NCBI GenBank assembly: GCA_963831665.1
Contig: CAWHRG010000009.1
Span: 25,534 to 89,533 of the forward strand
DNA: 64,000 bases
Source: an uncultured Acidobacteriaceae bacterium
GTDB lineage: Bacteria; Acidobacteriota; Terriglobia; Terriglobales; Acidobacteriaceae
Direction of reading: 5' to 3'
Under the pieces are notes generated by a model. That model was given only the letters and a program-made list of their open reading frames with translations, was not told the DNA's origin and searched no databases. This document shows positions 20,384 to 30,590 of this stretch, in pieces (position 1 is the stretch's first letter; the number at the start of each line of letters is the position of its first letter). The translations under genes and the position numbers were made by a program.

Positions 20384-21058
20384 CTAGTCGGACTGGGCGA
20401 GGGAGAATTTGTGGCGAACGTCGGAGCCGCGGACCCAGAAGATAACGTCTTCGGCGATGTTGGTGGCGTGGTCGGCGGTGCGCTCCAGGTTACGGGAGAC
20501 GATGATGGCGTTGAGAGCCTGGGTGCTGACGACGGGGTGCTGCTGCATGACCTCGATCAGCTCGGCCTGGACGGCACGGTTCATGTCGTCGATCTCGTCG
20601 TCCATGGCGAGGACGTGTTCGGCCAGTTTGGCGTCGGCTTCAAGCAGGGACTGGATGGCGCTGCGGATCATGACGCCGACCTTCTCGCCCATGTCAGGAA
20701 TATCGATGGGGAGGGAGATCTGCGGGAGATCTTTCTGTGCACGGGCACGCTCGGCGATGTTGGTGGACTGGTCGCCGATGCGCTCGAGGTCGCCGTTGAT
20801 CTTGATGACGGAGAGGATGAAACGCAGATCAATGGCCATGGGCTGCTCTTTGGCGAGGAGGTCATAGGCCATCTCGTCTACGTCGCGCTCGGCAGCGTTG
20901 ATGGCGGCCTCGATCTCTTTGACGTGGTCGCACAGCCCGATGTCGCCGGTGAGGTAGGCCTCGAGCGAGAGGGAAAGAGCCTGCTGCGAGAGAGCGGCCA
21001 TGGCAAGAAGCTTGTCCTTCAAGGCGACGAGTTGTTGTTGAAAGTTGATACGGGGCAT
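20384..21058 (-). CDS. phoU: Phosphate signalling complex protein PhoU
   Basis: QPMAIDLR...DLERIGDQSTNIA and RNLERTADHATNIAE. Confidence 0.93.
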   Translation of the reverse strand: MPRINFQQQLVALKDKLLAMAALSQQALSLSLEAYLTGDIGLCDHVKEIEAAINAAERDVDEMAYDLLAKEQPMAIDLRFILSVIKINGDLERIGDQSTNIAERARAQKDLPQISLPIDIPDMGEKVGVMIRSAIQSLLEADAKLAEHVLAMDDEIDDMNRAVQAELIEVMQQHPVVSTQALNAIIVSRNLERTADHATNIAEDVIFWVRGSDVRHKFSLAQSD

Positions 21059-21175
21059 GGGGAGTAGTCCCTCTCTTAAATAGGTCTCTCTATTGTGATG
21101 CAGAGAGGGTAATGGGGATATGAATTTGTAAAAGGTGAGTGGCTATATTGGTACGTCTCTTAGGTTAGACGCTTC

Positions 21176-24100
21176 TTACGGGTAAAGGAGATAGGCCTGA
21201 CGGCGCTGGCGGAAGGCGTCGAGATCAGGCCTCCACGAGGCTGAGATCGTTCGCGGATCCTCGTTATTTTTGAGCGACAGCATGGTGTTGACGCTGACGA
21301 TAAGGGGATCTGTCTTCGCAAGGTTGAACTGGGTCGGATAGAGGCGCTGGAGCGCGCTGATGATCTCGATGCCTAACTCGGGTGAGTCGAGGGCGTTGCG
21401 GTCTGTGAGGGTTAAGGCGATGCCGGGGATGGTCTTGCCGTGCGAGGGATAGTGGTTGCTCGTCTTCGATGACGGCGAAGGTGGTGGGTGAGAAGGCGAC
21501 GCCTGGGATGTTGCGGCTGGTGAGATAGGCAGCGAGGGCCTGGGGCGTCGATGTAGGGCGCGCCGATCTGCTCGAAGGGCTTGTCTGTTCCGCGGCCTAC
21601 GGAGACGTTGGTGCTGTCGAGCATGCCCAGGCCAGGATAGAGGGTGGCAGCGGTGACGTTGCGGAGATTTGGGCTGGGGTTGGTCCAGGGAAGGCGGGTG
21701 TCGTCGAAGAACTGGCTGCGCGTCCAGTGCTGCATGGGGACGACGGTGAGGGTGGCATTGAGAGGGAGTTGAACGTTAGGAGAGGTGGCGGCGGGGTGGC
21801 GGTGTTCGCCGTTGATGTAGCGGGCGAGTTCGCCGAGAGTGAGGCCGTGGCGGAGCGGCAGCGGCATGTAGTTGATGTAGGACTCGCGTCCCGGGTCGGA
21901 GACGGGACCCTGGACAGCGATGCCGTTGATGGGGTTGGGGCGGTCGAGCAGGATGATTTCGAGGTTGTGACCTATGGCTTTTTCCTTTGCGGCGGCTTCG
22001 AGGAAGTAGCCGACGACGGACTCGTAGGTGTAGAAACGGACGCCTGCGTCCTGTATGTCGATGACAACGGCGTCGAGGTCTTTGAGGGATTCGTGGGTGG
22101 GGCGGCGGTCGGAGTTTTTGGGGCCATAGAGGCTGATGACGGGGAGGTGGGTTGTGGGGTCGGTATCGTTGCTGACTCGGGCAGTGTCTTTTGCTCCGAA
22201 GATGCCGTGTTCGGGGGAGAAGAGGGTCTTGAGCTCCACCTGCGGGATGGAGTGATAGAGGATGTCGATGGTGCGATGTCCGGTGCTGTCGAGGCCAGTC
22301 TGGTTGGTGAGGAGGCCGATGCGGAGGTGATCGTTATGGCCTTGGGCGGCGGCGAGGAGGGTGGCGAAGTGAGTGGATTGGAGGACGTCAATGCCGGTTT
22401 GGGTGGCTGGGGTGGGACTTGCCGCATCGGAAACAGTTGTTTCGAGTGGCGTGGAGCAAACGGAGAGGCCGGGGCATCCTTCACAGTGAGTGCAGCTACA
22501 AGACCAGAGGCGTTGTTCGGTTGCTGCATCAAGGCCGAGAGCACGAGCTGCTGCGGTGGCTACCTGACCGCGCAGGGCAGAGATGGGTGGTGCGCCGCGG
22601 GGATAGATGGCGTTAGAGAGAAGAATGACATAGGTGTTGGAGACGGGGTCGATCCAGAGGCTAGTGCCTGTGAAGCCGGTGTGGCCGAAGCTGCCGTTGT
22701 GAGTCTGAGTTGCGATGGGGAATATCTCTCCGCGTGGGCGTGAGAACGCGGTGTTGATATCCCAGCCGAAGCCTCGGGTGGCGACGCCGGTGGTGGTTTT
22801 GCCGTCAGGTGTGAAGATGGTGGCGCCGGATTGCGCTGTGGCTGGCTGCTGGGGCGTGGTCATCAATTGCAGGGTGGATTGCTTGAGGGGGAACGGGCCG
22901 GTGTTGTGGAGGAGCTTGTCGAGGAGGGCCTGTGCGAAGAGGCTGATGTCGGCGGCGGTGGAGAAGACCCCTGCGTGGCCAGCTACTCCGCCCATGCGGC
23001 GGGTGGTGGGGTCGTGGACTGTGCCGCGGAGGAGGTGGTCGAAGTTGGGATTGGTTTCGGGGGTGCCTTCGTTGTCGTGGGCTGTGGGGGCGACGTTTTG
23101 AATGCTAAGGGTATTCCAAATGCCCAGGACCGGCGCTGCACATCATCGTGTACATCTCGTGTGATGCCAGATGCGAGCTCGATTGCTGATCCGGATACAT
23201 CATGAGGTCCGCAGCCCTTGGTGAAGGCGTGGAACGTAGTGTGAGTCATCTTCAGGGGAGTGAAGATGTGCTGCTCGGCATATTCGTCGAGAGGCTGGCC
23301 GCTGAGTTTTTCGACGAGAGCGCCGAGAGTGATGAAGTTGATATCCGAATACTTGAAGGTAGTGCCGGGCTTTGATTCGAGCGGAGACTCCATGGCGCGA
23401 CGGATGCCTTCGGCCTTGTCGGGTGCAGTGAGTCCCCAAGGGTCTTTGAGGTCAACGTCTGCTGGGAGGCCGGAGTAGTGGGTGAGTAGTTCGCGAATGG
23501 TGACGTTTTCTTTACCGTTAGCTGCGAAGGCGGGGAGGTATTTTGCGACGGGGTCGTCGAAGTTGTATTTGCCCTGTTCGTAGAGCTGCATCATGGCCGT
23601 GGCGGTGGCGAGGCATTTGGTGAGGGAGGCCATGTCGAAGATGGTGTCTTCGGTCATCGGCTCGGCGGGTGACTGGTTTGCCGTCTAGGCCGGGTTCGCC
23701 GGCTAGCTTACGATCGCCGTACGCTTGTTCGAAGACGACTTTGTTGTTGTGGCCTATGAGGACTACAGCGCCGGGAAGTTTTTTTGCAGCGATGGCCTGA
23801 TTGATCAGCGTCGAGACAGGAGAGAAGTCGGGTGCGGCGGTTGAGCTTTGTGACGCTACGGACGAAACACGGGGGTTCTTGGCTCCGCGCAGAATGACAG
23901 GCGTTTGAGATTTGAGGGGTAAAGCGCAGACGAGCAAAATAATTGCTGCGATACCGGCAGTTTTTGCGGCGTGTTGTTTGCGGAAGATCAGGCTGGCGAT
24001 GCTGCCTACGGCGAAAGTCACGAGAGAGCCGATAAAGACGTACCAGGTGAAGGCTACTTTCGGGATGACGAATCCGGAGTTGACGGTGATGGCGTGAGGT

Positions 24101-25473
24101 TGGAGCCACAGCGCCATGTTGAGGGCGAAGCCGGTGATCATGCCTATGATTGCTCCGGTTTGCGTGGCATAGCGGGTTAGGGTGCCGAGAAGGAAGACTC
24201 CGAGCAGAGCGCCATAAGCTACGGATGCGATGGAGAGGCCTATTTCTACGACGTGGCCTTTGCCTCCTGCGTGGATGCTGTAGACGGCGACTGCAAAGAG
24301 AATGAAGGCCCAGACGACGGTGGAGGAGCGAGAGATCATCATGCGTTCGCGATCATCAGCTTGCGGGCGGAGATGCATGTAGAAGTCTACGACAGTAGTG
24401 CTGGAGAGTGAGTTAAGCGCGGCACTGAGATTGGACATCGCCGCGGCGAGGATTGCCGCAATAAGCAGGCCCGCGATGCCGACCGGCATCTGCTGAACGA
24501 TGAAGCTGGGGAAGATTCGGTCGGCGCTGGCGAATGTGGTTGGGTGCAGGCCGTAGAAGACGTAGAGGCCCGCGCCGATCAGAAGAAACAGTGTGAACTG
24601 AAGGAAGATGATGGCTCCGCTGGCAAGGAGAGCGATGCGTGACTCGCGGAGGTTGCGGGCGGCGAGCATCCGCTGGACCATGAGCTGATCTGTGCCGTGT
24701 GAGGCCATGGTGAGGAAGGTTCCACCGATAACGCCTGCCCAGAAGGTGTAGTTCTGGGTGAGGTTGAACGCGAAGTTGAAGAGACGAAACTTGCCTGCGG
24801 CTGCGGCTACAGCGTGAATCTGCGACCAGCCGCCGGGCACATGAATTCCGAGTGTGGAAATTGCAACGATGGTTCCACCGATGTAAATGAACATCTGGAT
24901 GACGTCGGTCCAGATAACGGCAGTCATTCCTCCTTCGAAGGTATAGAGCAGAGTTAGTGCGGAGATGATGGCGATTGAGAAGACATCTCCCGTGCCGATG
25001 GCGATTCCTACGACGATGCTGACGGCGAAGACGCGGACGCCTTCGGCCGCGGCGCGAGTGATGAGGAAGAGGCCTGCGGTGACCTTATGCAGGGTACGTC
25101 CGAAGCGCTGGTCGATCAACTGATATGCGGTCAGCATGCGTCCCTGAAAATATTTGGGAAGGAAGATCGCGGCTACGACGACGCGCCCGATCATGTAGCC
25201 GATCACAACCTGGAGGAAGCCGAAGTTCCCGGCAAAGGCAACGCCGGGGATGCTGATGATGGTTAGTGTGCTGGTCTCCGCCGAGACGATGGAGAGGGCG
25301 ATGGCCCACCAGGGGATGGTCTGATCGGCGAGAAAATAGCTGCGCAGAGATCGGGAGTTAGGGTCTTTTCCGCCGCGGAAGCGGAGGCCAAAGAGGGTGA
25401 TGCCGACAAGATAGACGACGATGAGCGCGAGGTCGAAGGTGTGGAGGTGTGTCGGAGGCGCAGCAGCAAGCAT
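21176..25473 (-). CDS. Fusion: sodium:solute symporter + beta-lactamase-like serine hydrolase + NamZ/DUF1343 exo-beta-N-acetylmuramidase-like domain (four frameshifts)
   Basis: SSS motifs (SIVSAETS, GTDQLMVQR); SxxK in FDMASLTK, YSDINF, GHTGFTG; NamZ-like IGLLTNQTG, LFSPEHG, DIQDAGVRFYTY, WTNPSPN. A net 2-base correction gives 1432 codons. Confidence 0.8.
23855..23900 (-). repeat. REP-like repeat copy D, translated in frame as PVILRGAKNPRVSSV
   Basis: GTCATTCTGCGCGGAGCCAAGAACCCCCGTGTTTCGTC aligns with the intergenic copies (GTCATCCTGAGCG...GAAGGATCCCTGTATTTCGTC). Confidence 0.65.
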
Positions 25474-25542
25474 GAATGCGAGTTTATAGCGTGGGGCGGC
25501 TTCGCGATAAAGTGTTCTTGCCCTGCGAAGCTGACTCGTGAT

Positions 25543-26181
25543 CTAGCTGACGAGGTGGCCCATCTTCTCGCGCTTGGTTTGCAGGTAGCGCTCGTTGGTG
25601 GGTTCGGAGGGAACCTCGGCTGAGATGCGTTCCACAACCTCGATACCTGCCTGCTGAAGCGCTTCGACCTTCTCAGGGTTGTTGGTGATCAGCCGGACCT
25701 GCGTGAGGCCGAGTTGCTTGAGGATCTCGGCGGGAAGTTCGAATTCGCGACAGTCGGCTTTGTAGCCCAGCTGGAGATTAGCTTCGATAGTGTCGAGCCC
25801 CTGGTCCTGAAGCTCGTAGGCGCGAAGTTTGCCCATAAGCCCAATGCCGCGGCCCTCCTGCTGCTCGTAGAGGAGAATACCTGCACCTGCATCCGTAATG
25901 GTGCTGAGGGCGAGCTCCAGTTGCTGACGGCAGTCGCAGCGAAGAGAGTGAAAGACGTCGCCTGTAAGACATTGAGAGTGAATGCGAACGATCGGAGGCG
26001 CGCTATGAATATCTCCGTGGACGAGGGCGACAGCCGACTCAATGCGGATAGCCGGGGCAGGGATGTTGTCGTTACATCGCTCTGGATTGTCGACAATTCC
26101 TTCGAAACCAAGGATCCGGAAGTGGCCCCAGCGGGTCGGAAAGTCAGCGTCGGCTACCTTGCGAACTTCAGAGAACGGCAT
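25543..26181 (-). CDS. ribA: GTP cyclohydrolase II
   Basis: VRIHSQCLTGDVFHSLRCDC, QEGRGIGL, LITNNPEK, YLQTKREKMGH; ATG at 26181 lies 6 nt after TATAAT. Confidence 0.95.
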   Translation of the reverse strand: MPFSEVRKVADADFPTRWGHFRILGFEGIVDNPERCNDNIPAPAIRIESAVALVHGDIHSAPPIVRIHSQCLTGDVFHSLRCDCRQQLELALSTITDAGAGILLYEQQEGRGIGLMGKLRAYELQDQGLDTIEANLQLGYKADCREFELPAEILKQLGLTQVRLITNNPEKVEALQQAGIEVVERISAEVPSEPTNERYLQTKREKMGHLVS

Positions 26182-26341
26182 CGTTTGATTATACGGTTTC
26201 ATATTCTGAGCCCTGTAAGTGTCGATAGTTTGTAAAATCTTTCAATTATTAGATGTCCGTGTCCGCGATTCGGACGTGCCAATGTTCGTCACGATTTGCA
26301 CGACCTTCAGGGCTGCCTTTCCCCATCAATACTTCTTCGAA

Positions 26342-27319
26342 CTAGTTTTCGGGCTGCCGTGCCGCAGTTCCCGGTGCACGACGAGGCCTGCGTGGCTGGC
26401 TTCTCTTCTCCAGAATCTCGTTGAATTCAGCGCGAGACATCTTCAACTTCTCTGGATGAGCATCGATCCACTTTGCCAGAGCGTCATATTTTTGCGGTGT
26501 CCATCCGCCTTCGAATTCGGCCCCATTTTTGCCTGTTTTGTTCAGTTCGAAGTTGAAGGCGTCCTCCAGATTGGTGAACTCTGCCGAACTGATTGCGGCT
26601 TCGGCCAGGATTGCGGGAATAAAGATAACCCCGTCGGTCTTGGCCAGAACAAGATCTCCGGGAAGCACAATCGCTCGACCGATTCGTACGGGTGAATTGA
26701 TGGCCGTCAGCGTCATGTCCGCCCACGCCGATGGATCATAGCCTCGGTAGAACCCATTGAAATTCGGTATTTCGCGATTCTCTTCCTGGTCGCGGATGCC
26801 GGCATCGAAGACGAATCCCGTCTGAGTATGCGCTGCAATTCCGTTTCCGAGATTAGATCCGATCAGCGTGCCTTCTATGATCTTTCCAAAACCGTCGGCG
26901 ACATAGACATCGCCGAGCTGCAGTTCATTGATCGGCCAACTATTGTTGCCACTCACTCTGCCCTCTGCCTTGCCCTCAGCGGCGATTGCCTTCGCCATGT
27001 CTGGCCGCAACGGCATATATTGAGCCGTGAGCGCACGGCCCGCAAATGGCTTCTCGATGTGCAATGCCTGCCATCCGCCATCGTACTGACATCGATAGCC
27101 CTGTTCACGCAGGTAATCCCATACATCCTCGATCGAAACATCGATTGCCCGCTTGATCAGATCGTCGGATATCTTCGGGCGGCCATCGGGGAACCGCTCG
27201 CCCTTCCAGTCCGATGTATAAAACATCATCTGTTCCTTCGTCATCTTCACTTGAGACAACGCAGGCATTGCAGACGCTACAGTGCAGCCCAACACCGCAA
27301 CCAATATCAAGTTCTTCAT
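26342..27319 (-). CDS. RraA / HMG-aldolase-like family protein with signal peptide
   Basis: GRALTAQYMP, GDVYVADGFG, GIRD, AIVLPGDLVLAKTDGVIFIP; Sec-type N-terminus. Confidence 0.8.
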   Translation of the reverse strand: MKNLILVAVLGCTVASAMPALSQVKMTKEQMMFYTSDWKGERFPDGRPKISDDLIKRAIDVSIEDVWDYLREQGYRCQYDGGWQALHIEKPFAGRALTAQYMPLRPDMAKAIAAEGKAEGRVSGNNSWPINELQLGDVYVADGFGKIIEGTLIGSNLGNGIAAHTQTGFVFDAGIRDQEENREIPNFNGFYRGYDPSAWADMTLTAINSPVRIGRAIVLPGDLVLAKTDGVIFIPAILAEAAISSAEFTNLEDAFNFELNKTGKNGAEFEGGWTPQKYDALAKWIDAHPEKLKMSRAEFNEILEKRSQPRRPRRAPGTAARQPEN

Positions 27320-27390
27320 TACAAAACTCTCCTTAGAAATCTGATGAATAGTGCAGAATTGCGCTGCGTTTATCTACCAAACATGATGCA

Positions 27391-28767
27391 CTAGCTGAAA
27401 AGAGCGTCGTCAAATGATTGCTTCTCGTCCCACATGGGCGTCGGCTCGAAGTATCCTGTGCCGGGCTTCAAGTGTCGCTTAACCTCGTCATCATTGAGCG
27501 AGATGCCCAGCCCAGGTGCATCCGGAACTTTGATATAGCCCTTGTTGATGATTGGCTTCTCAATCCCCGTGACCAGATCCTGCCAGAACGGCACATCGAG
27601 CGAGTGGTTCTCAAGCGCAAGGAAGTTTCGAGTCGCAGCGGCGCAGTGAACGTTCGCCATGCAGGCCACTGGCGTGCCCGCAAAGTGCATCGCCATCGGA
27701 ACACCATTGCGGAAGGCCATGTCGCCGATCCTGTGCGTCCGTAGAATACCGCCGGAAGTCGAAAGGTCTGGATGGATCTTGTCCACGACATGGTTCTGGC
27801 ACAGATTTTCGAAGTCCGACATCTCGTAGATATCTTCGCCCGTGAGCGTCGGCGTGGGGCTGGCTATCGTGATCTGTTTCAGCAGATCGGTGTAGAACCA
27901 GGGAATCACGTCCTCGATCCATTCCAGGTTGAACTTCTCATACGCTCTGCCTAGACGAATCGCAGACTTGACCCCAACGTGGCCAAGATGGTCCATCGAC
28001 AAGGGCATGTCATAGCCGATGTTCTCCCGCACTGCCGCAACATACTCGCACAACCTGTCGATACCCTTGTCCGTGACCTCCGTCGCGATAAACGGATGAG
28101 GCTGATTGCGCAGCTCCCAATTGCTCAGACCCGAAGGCTGCATCACCGTATTTGGAATTCCTTCCAGCGTATCGATGCCCAGATCCATCTTCATCCACGT
28201 CAGGCCCATCGCTACGCGTTCCTTCGCTCGCCGTCCATACTCCTGTGGGTCTTTCGACTCAGTGGTATCGGCATAGATGCGGATAGTGTCGCGCCACTTG
28301 CCCCCAAGCATTTGATAGATCGGGCAGTTATAAACCTTGCCGGCGATGTCCCACAGCGCCATCTCAACCGCACACACACCGCCTGCCTGGCGCGAGACAC
28401 CGCCGAACTGTGAGATCTTGTCAAACAGAAAATCGATCCGCAGCGGGTTCTCTCCGACGATGCGGCTCTTCAGCACCATTGCATATTGGTAGCCGGCAAT
28501 ATCACGCACTTCGCCCAGACCATACACACCCTGGTTGGTGTCGATGCGAATCAGAGCGCAAGGACTTGGACCCGGCTTGACGACGATCGCATAGCGCATA
28601 TCGGTAATCTTCAGGGTCGATGGGCTGGAGTGCAGATTGACGTTTTGAATTGCCGGCTGCGCTTCCGCCCTCTCAGCAACGCTACCGAACAGGCCACCTG
28701 CCAGCATGGCCATGGAAGACTTCAGAACACCGCGGCGGTTGAATTTGGTGCGGTTGTAGTCCGACAT
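27391..28767 (-). CDS. Mandelate racemase / muconate lactonizing enzyme family (enolase superfamily), Tat signal
   Basis: RRGVLK; VEMALWDIAGK, IYADT, WIED, TGED, AMH, LENH. Confidence 0.88.
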   Translation of the reverse strand: MSDYNRTKFNRRGVLKSSMAMLAGGLFGSVAERAEAQPAIQNVNLHSSPSTLKITDMRYAIVVKPGPSPCALIRIDTNQGVYGLGEVRDIAGYQYAMVLKSRIVGENPLRIDFLFDKISQFGGVSRQAGGVCAVEMALWDIAGKVYNCPIYQMLGGKWRDTIRIYADTTESKDPQEYGRRAKERVAMGLTWMKMDLGIDTLEGIPNTVMQPSGLSNWELRNQPHPFIATEVTDKGIDRLCEYVAAVRENIGYDMPLSMDHLGHVGVKSAIRLGRAYEKFNLEWIEDVIPWFYTDLLKQITIASPTPTLTGEDIYEMSDFENLCQNHVVDKIHPDLSTSGGILRTHRIGDMAFRNGVPMAMHFAGTPVACMANVHCAAATRNFLALENHSLDVPFWQDLVTGIEKPIINKGYIKVPDAPGLGISLNDDEVKRHLKPGTGYFEPTPMWDEKQSFDDALFS

Positions 28768-29044
28768 TTATCGTTCTCCCCATTGAAATCAAACTGTTTT
28801 ATTTTTGCGTTCTGGCTGCTACATATGCACAAGCGGATTGGGCCACCAGTCTATACATTTCGCCAGTTTATGAATACGGAAACCGCACATCGACGCCTCT
28901 GCATGTGCAGACGCGATTGTCCCGCAGGGGTCGCAGGATGGTATGCCACTGTGCAGATGTAATAGAAATCAGTGAATTCGGAGATCCGATCATGCTGTAG
29001 CAGGCATCTGCAGCATGATCACGCTACGAGAAGAGCTCTTTGCA

Positions 29045-29410
29045 CTACTTGGAAATTTTTTCGATTACCAAACCATGCGAGCCGTTGCGAACATAATCTT
29101 TTCCAGTGACCGTGACTCGCTCTCCCGCAAACGGCATTAGCCGTGGGTTCTGAGAAGACGAAGGTGTTTTGTCATCAATGGGCATGAAGATCGTGCCGTC
29201 ATCTCGCAGCAGGACAAGCGTCGAGCCGTTTCTGGCGCATGCCTTCGCGCAGGCCACTCCGATCGGCTTGTCGAGACCCTTGGTATAGGCACACGCTGAG
29301 TCGAGAACCCAGCCGGTGAAAGTGATATCGGCGCCGTGATCTGCGGCCATGGCGAAACAAGTCAGCGCTACGAAGGTTCCGGCCAACAACTTACGAGGCG
29401 GGCTTTTCAT
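29045..29410 (-). CDS. Exported hypothetical protein with conserved-looking Cys (DSAC...CAKAC)
   Basis: Signal peptide; beta-rich; start overlaps the stop of the upstream AhpD-like gene. Confidence 0.7.
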   Translation of the reverse strand: MKSPPRKLLAGTFVALTCFAMAADHGADITFTGWVLDSACAYTKGLDKPIGVACAKACARNGSTLVLLRDDGTIFMPIDDKTPSSSQNPRLMPFAGERVTVTGKDYVRNGSHGLVIEKISK

Positions 29411-29976
29411 TTAGCGACCTCCGAAACTGAAGGCTGTGTCGATGGCGTCAAGTATCCGTGCGTGGCAAGATGTTCTCCCATGCTGGAATACATCGCCGGA
29501 TCGCGAGGCTGCCAGGTGGCCAGACCATCGACATAGCGGTTGTACATGCAGAACGCAGCAGCAATCAGGACAGTGTCGTGTATCTCAAGATCGGTCGCAC
29601 CTTGCAGACGCGCCTTTTCAACACTCTCAGTGGAGACATTCTTCCCACCTTCCTGCACTTGCCCTGCGATTACAAGCAGCGCCTTAAGCTTGTCTGAGAC
29701 TTTCGCCTGAAGAAAGTCTCGCTTCACCTGATCCACGACCTCAGAATCGTTTCCGAGATGAGCAGTTGCCGCGGCGCCGTGGCTGGTCTGACAGAAGTAG
29801 CAATCATTCTGACTCGAGACGAAGGTTGCGATCAGCTCTCGTTCTCCTGGCGTCAGAGTGCCCGGTCCGTGTAAAAGAATGTGCGCCAGCTCTCGCATAG
29901 GTTTAGCAGTCTCGGGACGGAAGGCAAAGCCGCTGCTGATCCCCGGCAGCCCTTCAGGAAGTGAAATATGTGGCAT
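29407..29976 (-). CDS. AhpD / carboxymuconolactone-decarboxylase-family peroxidase-related protein (copy 2)
   Basis: ERELIATFVSSQNDCYFCQTSHG, AAAFCMYNRYVDGL. Confidence 0.85.
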   Translation of the reverse strand: MPHISLPEGLPGISSGFAFRPETAKPMRELAHILLHGPGTLTPGERELIATFVSSQNDCYFCQTSHGAAATAHLGNDSEVVDQVKRDFLQAKVSDKLKALLVIAGQVQEGGKNVSTESVEKARLQGATDLEIHDTVLIAAAFCMYNRYVDGLATWQPRDPAMYSSMGEHLATHGYLTPSTQPSVSEVAK

Positions 29977-30006
29977 GGTCGCTCCTCTTAAATGTGTTGG
30001 CTGCCT

Positions 30007-30576
30007 CTATTGTGTTGCTTCGACGGGAAGATATTCTTTGCTGACGCTGACGTATCCCTCACGAGCAACACGCTTGCCGCGTTCACGATACATCGCTTCA
30101 TCGCGCGGCTGCGTCGTTCCAAGGCCATCGACATAGCGGTTATACATGCAGAACGCAGCAGCGATCAGAACAGTATCGTGAATCTCAATATCGGTTGCGC
30201 CCAACTCGCGGGCATGCGCAACAGCCTCTGCAGTAACGTTCTTTCCACCGCGCTGAACCTGTCCTGCGATGACCAGTAGTGCCTTCAGCTTGTTGGAGAT
30301 CTCTGCGTTCTGAAAGTCGAACTTCACACTTTGCACAAGCCCTTCGTCATCATTCAAGCAGGCCGCTGCGATGGCCCCGTGAATCGTCTGGCAGTAGTAG
30401 CAATCGTTCTCCGACGATACATAAGTCGCGATCAACTCGCGTTCTCCCTGTGTAAGGGAATTAGGTCCACGAAGTAAAACCTCAACCAATTCATTCAAAG
30501 GTTTTGCAGTCTCAGGACGGAAAGCCATCGCTCCGCGGATGCCATGTAGACCTTCAGGTAGTTGAATGTGAGGCAT
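30007..30576 (-). CDS. AhpD / CMD-family peroxidase-related protein (copy 1)
   Basis: ERELIATYVSSENDCYYCQTIHG, AAAFCMYNRYVDGL; ATG at 30576. Confidence 0.85.
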   Translation of the reverse strand: MPHIQLPEGLHGIRGAMAFRPETAKPLNELVEVLLRGPNSLTQGERELIATYVSSENDCYYCQTIHGAIAAACLNDDEGLVQSVKFDFQNAEISNKLKALLVIAGQVQRGGKNVTAEAVAHARELGATDIEIHDTVLIAAAFCMYNRYVDGLGTTQPRDEAMYRERGKRVAREGYVSVSKEYLPVEATQ

Positions 30577-30590
30577 TGTTATCAGTCCTT

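Noticed and set aside
26217-26238. Possible dif site (GTTTGTAAAAT resembles a XerD arm) near the skew switch
   Set aside because: No XerC arm ending in ATAA at 6-bp spacing.
26182-26340. FMN riboswitch upstream of ribA, and SAM or cobalamin riboswitches near sir, cobA and eutB
   Set aside because: No conserved aptamer core sequences were recognisable; ribA appears leaderless.
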